A stretch of 64,000 bases of DNA from a bacterium (GTDB taxonomy: Bacteria; 4484-113; JAFGCY01): positions 119,589 to 183,588 of the forward strand of contig JAWLAZ010000002.1 of NCBI GenBank assembly GCA_041395205.1, given 5' to 3'. Position numbers and translations under genes: made by a program. The notes beneath the pieces are model-generated. The model saw only the letters and a list, made by a program, of their open reading frames with translations. It ran no database searches and had not been told where the DNA came from. Below, piece after piece: positions 1 to 7,983 of the stretch (position 1 is the stretch's first letter; each line of letters begins with the position of its first letter).

Positions 1-773
1 CTGGCCAGCTCCTTGGCTTCGCGTACGGTGTTGTAGACAGCGCGCCATTGCTGCGGACAGTCGCCGATGAAGACGGTGCGCGTCATGTCACTGCAGTAGT
101 TGCTGAGCCGCACCCCCATGTCGATTGTCAGCGGAGCGGCGGGCACCACCTGTCGATCGGTGTAGCCCGCATGCGGGCGGGAGGCGTGGTCGCCGCTGGC
201 AACGATCGGCGGGAAGCTCATGCCCTCGGCCCCGAGCCGCCGTGCCTGGAATTCGATCTCCAGCGCGATCTCACGCTCCGTGGTGTCGCGGCCGATGCGC
301 GACAGCACATGTGTGAACACGGCCTCGCCCATGGCCACCGCCTCGCGGATCAGGGCGATCTCGGCGGCGTCCTTGCGGAGGCGCAGGTTCTCAACCAGTT
401 TCACGGTCGGGACCGGTTCAATGTTGGCAAGGGCCGCAAGCTGGCTGAAGCTCAGCTGTGACATATGCCCGGCCTCGATGCCAACGCGGCTGCGGTGGCT
501 GTCCGGCAGCAGGCTGGCAAGGACATCCGGCAGGGGCCGGAGCGCGGAGTCCGCGATTTCAAGCGGCAGGCCGGCGATGTTCGCGGCAGCACGCTCGTGG
601 TAGCGGAAGTCGGTGATGAAGCGTCCCGGTGCATCGGGACTGAGGAGGATGGCGGCGGTGCTGCCGGTGAAGCCGCTGAGGTAGAAGATGTTGTCGGGCT
701 GCGTGACCAGCAGGTGGTCGAGCGCCAGCTCCGCGAGCTTCTCCCTCAGCGTATTGATACGCTGGGTATGCAT
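1..773 (-). CDS. Xaa-Pro aminopeptidase / M24B metallopeptidase, N-terminal part (C-terminus runs off the left edge)
   Basis: Absent from the ORF track because there is no stop in the window. Manual translation from the ATG at 771-773 (reverse strand) gives MHTQRINTLREKLAELALDHLLVTQPDNIFYLSGFTGS..., then ...PPIVASGDHASRPHAGYTDRQVVPAAPLTIDMG. That is a creatinase/prolidase N-domain followed by the start of the M24 core. AAGGA lies about 7 nt upstream of the ATG. Confidence 0.8.
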   Translation of the reverse strand, partial: MHTQRINTLREKLAELALDHLLVTQPDNIFYLSGFTGSTAAILLSPDAPGRFITDFRYHERAAANIAGLPLEIADSALRPLPDVLASLLPDSHRSRVGIEAGHMSQLSFSQLAALANIEPVPTVKLVENLRLRKDAAEIALIREAVAMGEAVFTHVLSRIGRDTTEREIALEIEFQARRLGAEGMSFPPIVASGDHASRPHAGYTDRQVVPAAPLTIDMGVRLSNYCSDMTRTVFIGDCPQQWRAVYNTVREAKELA

Positions 774-943
774 GGTGCTTTCCTTCGATGACGGTAAAGA
801 CGCACCGGCCCCTCGCGGGACCGGGGTGGACGAATGGGGAGCTACCCCATGGACGATACGGCTGCCTGTTGGATCAGTTATACCGTATATCAGGGAGCAA
901 GGAACAAGGAACAGGTTGCAGGTCAGTAAACAGTAAACAGTGG

Positions 944-1504
944 TCAGTGGTCAGAGGAACTGTCGCCCGTATCGCGCTTGAGCAGGTATTGGTTGCTGAC
1001 AATCCCGTTGGCATAGGCGGCGGAGGACTTCAGTTCCAGGCCACAGGGCGGGACATTGCCATCGAAGAGCGGGATGCCCCGGCCCAGCAATACGGGGGCC
1101 AGGGAGATCGTCATTTCGTCAATCAGGCCCGCTGCCAGGAACTGGCGGATCACATCCCCGCCGTCAATGTAGAGATTGGCAAAGCCCCGGCCGGCAAGCT
1201 CACTTACGACCTCATGTGGAGTGCCGCTCGTGAGACTGGCGCACTCCGCATACTCCGCCGGGATCTCCCGCAGGGAACGGCTCAGCACCACCACCGGTTT
1301 GTCATAGTGCCAGACCCCGAAACCGAGCACGGTTTCGAAGCTGTGGCGGCCCATCACGATCGCGTCAATCCGTGCGATGTGCTCCGCCCAGCCATAATCG
1401 CTGCCGTCATCCGGGTCGGGAATGGACGTGAGCCAGTCCACCCCGCCCTGTTCGTCGGCAATGAATCCGTCGAGGCTCGTTGCAATGAATACGTAGTTGG
1501 CCAT
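944..1504 (-). CDS. dihydrofolate reductase-family protein (RibD C-terminal domain-like)
   Basis: 186-aa ORF: MANYVFIATSLDGFIADEQGGVDWL...AIVMGRHSFE...NLYIDGGDVIRQFL. This pattern is typical of the bacterial DHFR/RibD_C superfamily. TATCTT lies 10 nt upstream of the ATG. Confidence 0.75.
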   Translation of the reverse strand: MANYVFIATSLDGFIADEQGGVDWLTSIPDPDDGSDYGWAEHIARIDAIVMGRHSFETVLGFGVWHYDKPVVVLSRSLREIPAEYAECASLTSGTPHEVVSELAGRGFANLYIDGGDVIRQFLAAGLIDEMTISLAPVLLGRGIPLFDGNVPPCGLELKSSAAYANGIVSNQYLLKRDTGDSSSDH

Positions 1505-1724
1505 GGTGGGAATGAAGATAGCAGGTGGGGTCGTGATCGGTGGATGTCTTGCTCATTTCCGACAGATCCGTTATCAGAATGAATACCGGCTTCCAATTGT
1601 CCGACCAAATGCGCAGCTCCGGCTGCGCCTCCGCTACGCGCTCCGACAATTCACACCTGACTCGCTCCGGACCACCGTTGTCCGGATTGCTCCGGACCTC
1701 CCCTACTGCTGAAGCAGGTAGCTC

Positions 1725-2765
1725 CTACCCCAGCATGTACTTGAAGCGGTCCAGGTCCTCAAGGACCTTCATCGTGCCCAGTACCACGGCGCTCAGCGGG
1801 TCGTCGGCAACCTTGGTGACGATGCCCGTGTCACGGCTGATCAGGATGTCGAGATCGCGCAGCAGTGCACCGCCGCCGGCCAGCACGATGCCCTTGTCAA
1901 TGATGTCGGCCGCCAGCTCCGGCGGGCATTCCTCGAGTGTGTAGCGCACGCAGCGCAGGATCTCGTCGATGCGCTCACCCATCGCCTCGCGGATGTCCTC
2001 GGTGGTGATCTCGACAACCTTCGGCAGGCCGGTGACCTGGTCCATACCGCGCATTTCCGTTGTCAGGTTCTCACTCTGGCTGTGGGCCGCGCCGATGGAG
2101 ATCTTGATGCGCTCCGCGGTGCGCTCGCCGATCTGCATGTTGAAGCGACGCCGCGCGTAGACGATGATCGACTTGTCGAGCGCGTCCCCGGCGGTGCGGA
2201 TCGAGTTGCTGACGACCACGCCGCCCAGCGAGATCACCGCGACCTCGGTGGTACCGCCGCCGATGTCCACGATCATGTTGCCGCCGGGTTCATCAATGGG
2301 CATGTTGCAGCCGATCGCCGCCGCCATTGGCTCGTCGATCAGGCCTTCCCAGCGAGCGCCGGTGCGGATCGCCGCATCGCGCACGGCCTTGCGCTCGACC
2401 GCCGTGATGCCGGAGGGGATGCCGATCACCACGCGGTGCGGGAGCTGGACCATGCCGAAGTCCGCCTTGGCCTTCTCGATGAAGGCGCGCAGCATCTGCT
2501 CCGTCTTCTCCCAGTCGGCGATCACGCCGTCGCGCAGCGGGCGCATGGCGATCACGCGAGAGGGGGTCTTGCCGATCATGGACTTGGCTTCCTCACCGAC
2601 CGCCAGCACCTCATCGGTGCTCAGATCGATGGCCACCACACTGGGTTCGCGCAGCACGATGCCCCGCCCCTTGACGAACACGAGGGTGTTCGCCGTGCCG
2701 AGGTCGATGCCGATATCGGCCGATAAATGGCCGAACATGCCGAATAACCAGTCGTAGAAGCCCAT
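1725..2765 (-). CDS. mreB: rod shape-determining actin homologue MreB
   Basis: 346 aa. Contains DIGIDLGTANTLVFVKGRGIVLREPSVVA, IGIPSGITAVERKAV, DIGGGTTEVAVISLGG and VLAGGGALLRDLD. These are the full set of actin/MreB phosphate and adenosine motifs. Confidence 0.95.
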   Translation of the reverse strand: MGFYDWLFGMFGHLSADIGIDLGTANTLVFVKGRGIVLREPSVVAIDLSTDEVLAVGEEAKSMIGKTPSRVIAMRPLRDGVIADWEKTEQMLRAFIEKAKADFGMVQLPHRVVIGIPSGITAVERKAVRDAAIRTGARWEGLIDEPMAAAIGCNMPIDEPGGNMIVDIGGGTTEVAVISLGGVVVSNSIRTAGDALDKSIIVYARRRFNMQIGERTAERIKISIGAAHSQSENLTTEMRGMDQVTGLPKVVEITTEDIREAMGERIDEILRCVRYTLEECPPELAADIIDKGIVLAGGGALLRDLDILISRDTGIVTKVADDPLSAVVLGTMKVLEDLDRFKYMLG

Positions 2766-3155
2766 TGCGCGTGGATATCTTACTCCCTATTCGGATCAAT
2801 GCACAGCTTGTTAACGGGCCTGCAGTGTTAATGGGCTCTGGCAGTGGCGCGGACCGCGGGCTGGAGCTGCGTGGGTAACAGCTGATGGGGGATGTGCGGG
2901 GAAGTGGTGGGGAAAAGTTGGAACGGGCACCTTCCATCCATTCGGTTTGCACAGGATATAGGTAGTTCAGCCGGACGTTGGGAACCCGTTCCCTGTATGA
3001 TTTGTAACACATTTGCTGTCGAGAATCAATACTCAGCTTTGCTGAGATGCACAATATCAATTCCCGTAGTGTTCCCTGCAAGGGGCTGGAACACTCTCAC
3101 GGGGCCCTGCCCGCTCCGCAACATCCATCCCTGGCCGGACGTATAATCCCCAGCA

Positions 3156-4016
3156 ATGGTGATGCGTCCCGACTCCAGCCACAACCCCGCCCGCTTCCAC
3201 TGGGCCGCGCTCGGGCATCCGGCGCATGTGGCAGGAGCCAGTGCCGGCTGGCTCGCAACACTGGGGCTGGGGATCGCCTCGCTCACGTCCACGGTGAGTC
3301 CGGAACTGGCGGGCTGGGCGGCGCTCGGCAGCATGGCCTGGAGCGCGGTCTGGCTGCTGATGCTGCCCGGTAATCCACGCTTCCAGCGCCTGACGGATGC
3401 GCGCCTGGCAGAGCGCTACGAGCACGACTTCGACTACCAGAAGGAAGCCCTGCGCGGGCGGATCTCAACGGAGCTGACGGAGCGCCTGCGCGATATCGCG
3501 AAGCTGCGAGACAAAGCCCGGGAGATCCTGCGCGACAAATTCGGCTCCAACGACCCGTTTGCGAAGGACAACCTGCAGAAGCTGGACAGCCTGGCGATCA
3601 GCTACCTGCAGCTGCTGGTGGTGCTGACGGAGTACGACAGCTATCTGAACCTCGTTGATCCCGGCAGTCTGGAGCGCGAGCTCGCTGAGGCCCGCGAGCA
3701 GGTGCAGGCGGCCACGGATGAAGCCGTGCGTGAGGCCCGCCAAAGCCAGCTCAAGCTGCTGGAGAGCCGGCTGGAGAAGTACCACGGCACGGAGAACAGG
3801 CTGGAGCTGGTGCGCCAGCAGTGCCGCAATGTGGAAACCACGATGAAGCTGCTTGTGGACCAGGCGATGACGGCGGTGGACCCGCAGCGGGTGAGCCGCG
3901 ACATCGAGCAGGTGCTTGAGAACATCCGCCAGAGCGAGACGCTCGGTGAGGAGCTGGCGGTCTACGACGACCTCGAGCGTGAACTCGACAAGCTGGGTCG
4001 CCGCGAGCTGGAGTAG
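3156..4016 (+). CDS. hypothetical membrane protein with long C-terminal coiled coil
   Basis: 286 aa. Two hydrophobic segments (WLATLGLGIASL, AALGSMAWSAVWLLML) are followed by about 200 aa of charged, heptad-like sequence. Third codon positions are GC-rich. TATAAT (3142-3147) lies 8 nt upstream of the ATG. Confidence 0.6.
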   Translation: MVMRPDSSHNPARFHWAALGHPAHVAGASAGWLATLGLGIASLTSTVSPELAGWAALGSMAWSAVWLLMLPGNPRFQRLTDARLAERYEHDFDYQKEALRGRISTELTERLRDIAKLRDKAREILRDKFGSNDPFAKDNLQKLDSLAISYLQLLVVLTEYDSYLNLVDPGSLERELAEAREQVQAATDEAVREARQSQLKLLESRLEKYHGTENRLELVRQQCRNVETTMKLLVDQAMTAVDPQRVSRDIEQVLENIRQSETLGEELAVYDDLERELDKLGRRELE

Positions 4017-4019
4017 CGC

Positions 4020-4916
4020 TTACTCAGCGCTGAAGTCCTCCTCCATCCAGCGCGTGTCCACGCCATCGGCATTCATGCAGATCACGCGCGGCTGCAGGCC
4101 CGTGGCGGCCTCCACGGCCTGATAGGCTTTAAGCGCGCTGTCACGGTCGATATATGAACCGCAGAACAGGCGGTAGCCTCCGGTAGGACGGTTGAGCATT
4201 CCGCAATCTCCGATGGCCTGCTTGACTGCATCACGGGCCGCGAGCGCCTGATCGACGCCGCTCAGACCCTCCACATAGACCAGGCGAACCTGCATCGCGA
4301 AGCGGCGACGGCGGTCCTGCTCAGCCAGCCACTCCTGTGCGGGTCGGCCCTTGCACTGCTGCGGATCAAGCTGAGCGGCCAGCCCCGCCAGCATTGTTTC
4401 CTCAGCGGGGCTGTGTTTATGGGCGTAGTCACCGCGGGCGCGGGCCACGAAGGCTCCTTCCAGGCCCTGGCGGCGCAGGTCGCGGGCGTAGTCCTCGGCA
4501 TCGGCGCGGGTGCCGGAAGTGCTGACCCAGATCAGCGCTGCCTTGCGCTCGAGGTTCAGCAGCAGGCGCGGATAGCGGCGGTTGCCGAGGAAAGTGTAGT
4601 CAATCTGCGGATCCTCACCCGTGAAGTAGAACTGGGCATAGATATTCCACTGCCAGGGCTGGTCAATGGCCGGCTCAGCCCCAGAGCTGTAGTCCAGCCG
4701 GGCATCAAAGGGACGCTCCGCGACCTGCATTGGCAGAAGCTTACCGTCCTCATTCAGGGCGACGAACAGCTGCGGTTCCGCTTCCACTTCCTGAGCAGCC
4801 ACCCTGCTGAAGCAGAGCATCAGCGTGGCGCAGGCGCAGGCCAGCACCAGCAGGCAGGCGATCCAGATGCGCCGGATGCGACGCTCGGGGATGGACAAGG
4901 CGGACATCGCCTTCAC
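4020..4916 (-). CDS. hypothetical membrane-anchored protein with two SPOR-like repeats
   Basis: 298 aa with an N-terminal anchor IWIACLLVLACACATLMLCF. Two segments resemble SPOR peptidoglycan-binding repeats (ALIWVSTSGTRADAEDYARDLRRQGLEGAFV and GGYRLFCGSYIDRDSALKAYQAVEAATGLQPRVI). The track start is GTG; an alternative ATG lies at 4907. Confidence 0.5.
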   Translation of the reverse strand: MKAMSALSIPERRIRRIWIACLLVLACACATLMLCFSRVAAQEVEAEPQLFVALNEDGKLLPMQVAERPFDARLDYSSGAEPAIDQPWQWNIYAQFYFTGEDPQIDYTFLGNRRYPRLLLNLERKAALIWVSTSGTRADAEDYARDLRRQGLEGAFVARARGDYAHKHSPAEETMLAGLAAQLDPQQCKGRPAQEWLAEQDRRRRFAMQVRLVYVEGLSGVDQALAARDAVKQAIGDCGMLNRPTGGYRLFCGSYIDRDSALKAYQAVEAATGLQPRVICMNADGVDTRWMEEDFSAE

Positions 4917-4992
4917 GTTACCACAGCCGTGATGCTCCGCTGTCGCATGGGTTCATGCCGCTAAGACCGGCTACCCGGGACTGTATTACACT

Positions 4993-5985
4993 GTGCAGAT
5001 GCAAGCACGCAGTGTCCTGGTGCGAGAAACTTGGCTGATGGCAGCGAGCCTGCTGCTGGCCTGCCTGCTCTGCACCGGTTTGAGTTCCTGCCGCAATGGC
5101 GGGGGTACCCGCACGAAGCGGGAGGTACAACGCCAGACTGACCGGATCCGCCAGAATACCTACATCCTGCGCCAGCATGTCGAGCACTGGGCCGAGCAGC
5201 ATGGCGGGCTCTACCCGGATGATGCGATGCAGCTGCTGGCCGAGCTTGATCCGCAGGAGATTCCGCGCAATCCGCTCAGTGAGGGTCCGGTGCAGGCCCT
5301 GTGGATCGATGCACGCCTGGATGAGAAGCCCGGCAACTTCTGCTACATCCCTGTCTATGACGAGGACCATGCCTCGGGTTATTACCTGCTGGGCTTCGGG
5401 GAGGAGCTGGCGGGTTCCGAGGATGTGGATGACAACGGCGAGGTGGACGGCGTGATGCTCGTGCTGCAGCCGGAGGGTGCGATCCAGCCCAGCCTCGGGG
5501 ATGTGCTGAGCGGCAAGCGCGGGGCCAGGCCTGCACTTTACAAGGCGCTTGACAGCATCGCGGCTGAGCTGGCAATCATCGGGGAGCATGCCGCCGATGA
5601 CAACGGCAGGGTCTACCCGGAGAGTCTGGCCGGGGAAGAACCCGTGCTGCCCCTGCCTGCCAATCCCTACACGGGAGAGATGATGCGCCAGGTCGCTGTA
5701 CGCGATGAAACGCGCAGCGGAAACTTCAGCTACGTGCCTTTCAGCCTGCATGGGCTGGTACGCGGCTACTACCTCGTCGGCTATGGGAGGCCGGAGACCG
5801 CGGGCCTGGATGTGGATGGCGACGGAGTCGCTGACAATGCCGTTCGCGTGCTGCAGGCCGGTCCTGATGAGATGCCGGTGCTGCATGTGCTGCTCGGGCA
5901 GAATGACGACGGGCAGAGTGTGGATGAGCCGGAGGACGGCACGGCGGACGGCGAGCCCGCGGCCGGGGACAGCGGGGCCGGCTGA
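4993..5985 (+). CDS. lipoprotein with two tandem pseudopilin (GspG-like) globular repeats and an acidic tail
   Basis: 330 aa. Signal plus lipobox is LLLACLLCTGLSSC. An internal duplication is visible: GGLYPDD...PRNPLS...GNFCYIPVYDED..GYYLLGFG..DVDDNGEVDGV versus GRVYPES...PANPYTG...GNFSYVPFS..GYYLVGYG..DVDGDGVADNAV. The antisense ORF 4918..5886 is treated as a shadow. Alternative ATG at 4999. Confidence 0.6.
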   Translation: MQMQARSVLVRETWLMAASLLLACLLCTGLSSCRNGGGTRTKREVQRQTDRIRQNTYILRQHVEHWAEQHGGLYPDDAMQLLAELDPQEIPRNPLSEGPVQALWIDARLDEKPGNFCYIPVYDEDHASGYYLLGFGEELAGSEDVDDNGEVDGVMLVLQPEGAIQPSLGDVLSGKRGARPALYKALDSIAAELAIIGEHAADDNGRVYPESLAGEEPVLPLPANPYTGEMMRQVAVRDETRSGNFSYVPFSLHGLVRGYYLVGYGRPETAGLDVDGDGVADNAVRVLQAGPDEMPVLHVLLGQNDDGQSVDEPEDGTADGEPAAGDSGAG

Positions 5986-5987
5986 GC

Positions 5988-6845
5988 ATGCCCCTGGCTG
6001 CCCTGCTGCTGGTCCTGAGTTCGGCGCTGATCCATGCGAGCTGGAATGCGCTGGCCAAGCGCTCCACTGACAAGTTCAGCTTCATCTGGCTGGCCTTCGT
6101 GCTCAATGCACTGTGGCAGCTGCCCTATGTCATCTGGTGCTTCAGCCAGGGACTGCTGACAACGTCGGCCTGGCCCTGGTATCTGGCAACGACGCTTGCG
6201 CACAGCGGTTACATCTGGCTGCTCAGTGAAAGCTATCGGCTGGGGGACTACTCCCTCGCTTATCCGATCAGCCGCGGGCTGGGCGTGGCACTCGTGCCGC
6301 TCGGCGGCTGGCTCCTGCTGCATGAGCAACTCAGCCAGGGCGGGGCGGCTGGCGTGGGCCTCGTGATCGCCGGGATCCTGTTCACGGGTCTGGCGAGCAG
6401 TCTGGGCCAGGGCCGGCCCGGACCTACGGCAATCCTCGCGGCCTGCGGCACGGGAATCTGCGTGGCGGCCTACAACCTGATTGACAAGCAGGCGATGCTG
6501 GCAACGGGGATCGCTCCCCTGCCCTGGATCTCGATGATGATGGTCAGCCAGAGCCTCGTGCTGCTGCCACTGGCAATGCAGCGCCGCGAGGCCCTGCGCA
6601 GTGAACTGCGTGGCAACCTGCCTGCCGTGCTGGCCTGTGCCTTCGGCACCTTCGGCGGCTACCTGCTGGTGCTGCACGCCTTCCGCATGGCGGCGACGGC
6701 CTACGTGGTGGCCAGCCGCGAAAGCAGCATCGTGTTCTCGGTGCTGATCGGCTTCCTGCTGCTCGGTGAGCGCCAGTTCAAGCGCCGCCTGAGCGGTGCC
6801 CTGGCAATCGTCGCCGGCGTGCTGCTGATCGCCCTGTTCGGCTGA
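5988..6845 (+). CDS. EamA/DMT-family transporter
   Basis: 285 aa with about 10 hydrophobic helices. Contains HASWNALAKR near the N-terminus and a duplicated EamA-like layout. The long antisense ORF 5781..6899 is rejected as a shadow. Confidence 0.8.
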   Translation: MPLAALLLVLSSALIHASWNALAKRSTDKFSFIWLAFVLNALWQLPYVIWCFSQGLLTTSAWPWYLATTLAHSGYIWLLSESYRLGDYSLAYPISRGLGVALVPLGGWLLLHEQLSQGGAAGVGLVIAGILFTGLASSLGQGRPGPTAILAACGTGICVAAYNLIDKQAMLATGIAPLPWISMMMVSQSLVLLPLAMQRREALRSELRGNLPAVLACAFGTFGGYLLVLHAFRMAATAYVVASRESSIVFSVLIGFLLLGERQFKRRLSGALAIVAGVLLIALFG

Positions 6846-6846
6846 G

Positions 6847-7317
6847 TCAGGCCTGCTGGCGCCAGGCCTCATAGGCGGCGATGCTGACCGCGTTGGCAAG
6901 ATTCAGCGAACGCACCGGTCCGTCAAGCATCGGAATCCGCAGCAGCTTGTCAGGGTATCGCTCCAGCAACCAGTCCGGCAGACCGCGTGATTCCGGACCG
7001 AAGAGCAGCCAGCTGTCCGGCGCGATCCTCGTCTCGTACAGGCTCGCAGTGGCCCTGGTCGTGAACAGACAAAGCTGTGCGTCGGTTGGCAGTTGTGCGA
7101 GGAAGGCCTCGAGGGAATCGTGCATGACCGGCGCGACATGCTGCCAGTAGTCGAGGCCGCTGCGGCGCAGCTGCTCCGCACCGAGCTGGAAACCGAGGGG
7201 ATGCACCAGGTGCAGCCGTGCTCCCGTTGCCAGGCAGCTGCGTCCGATTGCCCCGGTGTTGTGGGGGATCTCCGGTTCGACGAGCACGATCTGCAGCCGG
7301 GCGGGCAGTGGCGGCAT
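6847..7317 (-). CDS. trmL: tRNA (cytidine/uridine-2'-O-)-methyltransferase TrmL (SpoU/TrmH family)
   Basis: 156 aa. Contains IVLVEPEIPHNTGAIGRSC, LLFGPESRGLP and SLNLANAVSIAAYEAWRQ, the three SPOUT motifs. GATAAT lies 6 nt upstream of the ATG. Confidence 0.85.
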   Translation of the reverse strand: MPPLPARLQIVLVEPEIPHNTGAIGRSCLATGARLHLVHPLGFQLGAEQLRRSGLDYWQHVAPVMHDSLEAFLAQLPTDAQLCLFTTRATASLYETRIAPDSWLLFGPESRGLPDWLLERYPDKLLRIPMLDGPVRSLNLANAVSIAAYEAWRQQA

Positions 7318-7341
7318 GCGGGGATTATCGCACCGGCGGGC

Positions 7342-7428
7342 TCAGTGCACCACGCGGCTGAGTGTGTAGATGATGCCGCCGAGCGTGAGCAGCAGCGAGA
7401 GAATTGAGCAGATCGTCAGGAACTTCAT
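7342..7428 (-). CDS. possible 28-aa hydrophobic micro-protein
   Basis: Manual ORF MKFLTICSILSLLLTLGGIIYTLSRVVH*, a single predicted TM segment, 24 nt upstream of trmL. No clear ribosome-binding site. Too short to judge. Confidence 0.25.
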   Translation of the reverse strand: MKFLTICSILSLLLTLGGIIYTLSRVVH

Positions 7429-7555
7429 GCTGGGCCTCGTTGACAGACCCTGGATTTTACCGATGCTGAACTGAATGAAAATACAGTTAGACTGGACCTC
7501 GGGTACTGTTTGCGGGCCTGACGAGCCATACGGTGGCGGGGCCTATACTGCTGCG

Positions 7556-7981
7556 ATGGCAGACAAGGACTACACGCAGGACCTGCAGGCGCTGGGCAGC
7601 CACACCGACTACCCGACCAGCCCTGACATCTCGATCCTGGAATGCTTCCCCAATCCGAGCCCCGGCTCCGACTACAGCATCCGTTTCGACTGCCCGGAGT
7701 TCACGAGCATGTGCCCGGTGACCGGCCAGCCGGATTACGGCCGCTTTGAGTTCGAATACGAGCCTGATGAACTCTGCCTGGAAAGCAAGTCACTGAAGCT
7801 CTACCTGTTCAGCTTCCGCAATGAGGCCGCCTTCTGGGAGGAGCTGTCCAACAGGATCGCCGACGACCTGTTCACGCTGCTCAAGCCGCACTCCCTGACC
7901 CTGACCGGCTACATGAATCCGCGCGGGGCGATCAGCATCACCACCACGGTGCGCCGTGGCAGGGCTGCAGGCAGGCCTTAG
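7556..7981 (+). CDS. queF: NADPH-dependent 7-cyano-7-deazaguanine (preQ0) reductase, type I QueF
   Basis: Contains CPEFTSMCPVTGQPDY (catalytic Cys) and ESKSLKLYLFSFRN (QueF motif). The track ORF starts at 7475. I prefer the ATG at 7556 (MADKDYTQ...) because TATACT (7544-7549) sits exactly 6 nt upstream and the length then matches type I QueF. Confidence 0.85.
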   Translation: MADKDYTQDLQALGSHTDYPTSPDISILECFPNPSPGSDYSIRFDCPEFTSMCPVTGQPDYGRFEFEYEPDELCLESKSLKLYLFSFRNEAAFWEELSNRIADDLFTLLKPHSLTLTGYMNPRGAISITTTVRRGRAAGRP

Positions 7982-7983
7982 GC

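Noticed and set aside
924-954. Short tandem heptamers CAGTAAA x2 and CAGTGGT x2 at the 3' end of the DHFR-like gene.
   Set aside because: The repeat is very short, partly inside the coding sequence and stop codon, and has no obvious structural or regulatory consequence. It is likely slippage noise.
2932-2943. The word CCATCCATTC is shared by the mreB upstream region (about 2932-2943) and the 15.5-kb non-coding block (about 15558-15569).
   Set aside because: There are only two ~10-nt copies. I cannot test enrichment without a genome-wide search, so coincidence is plausible.
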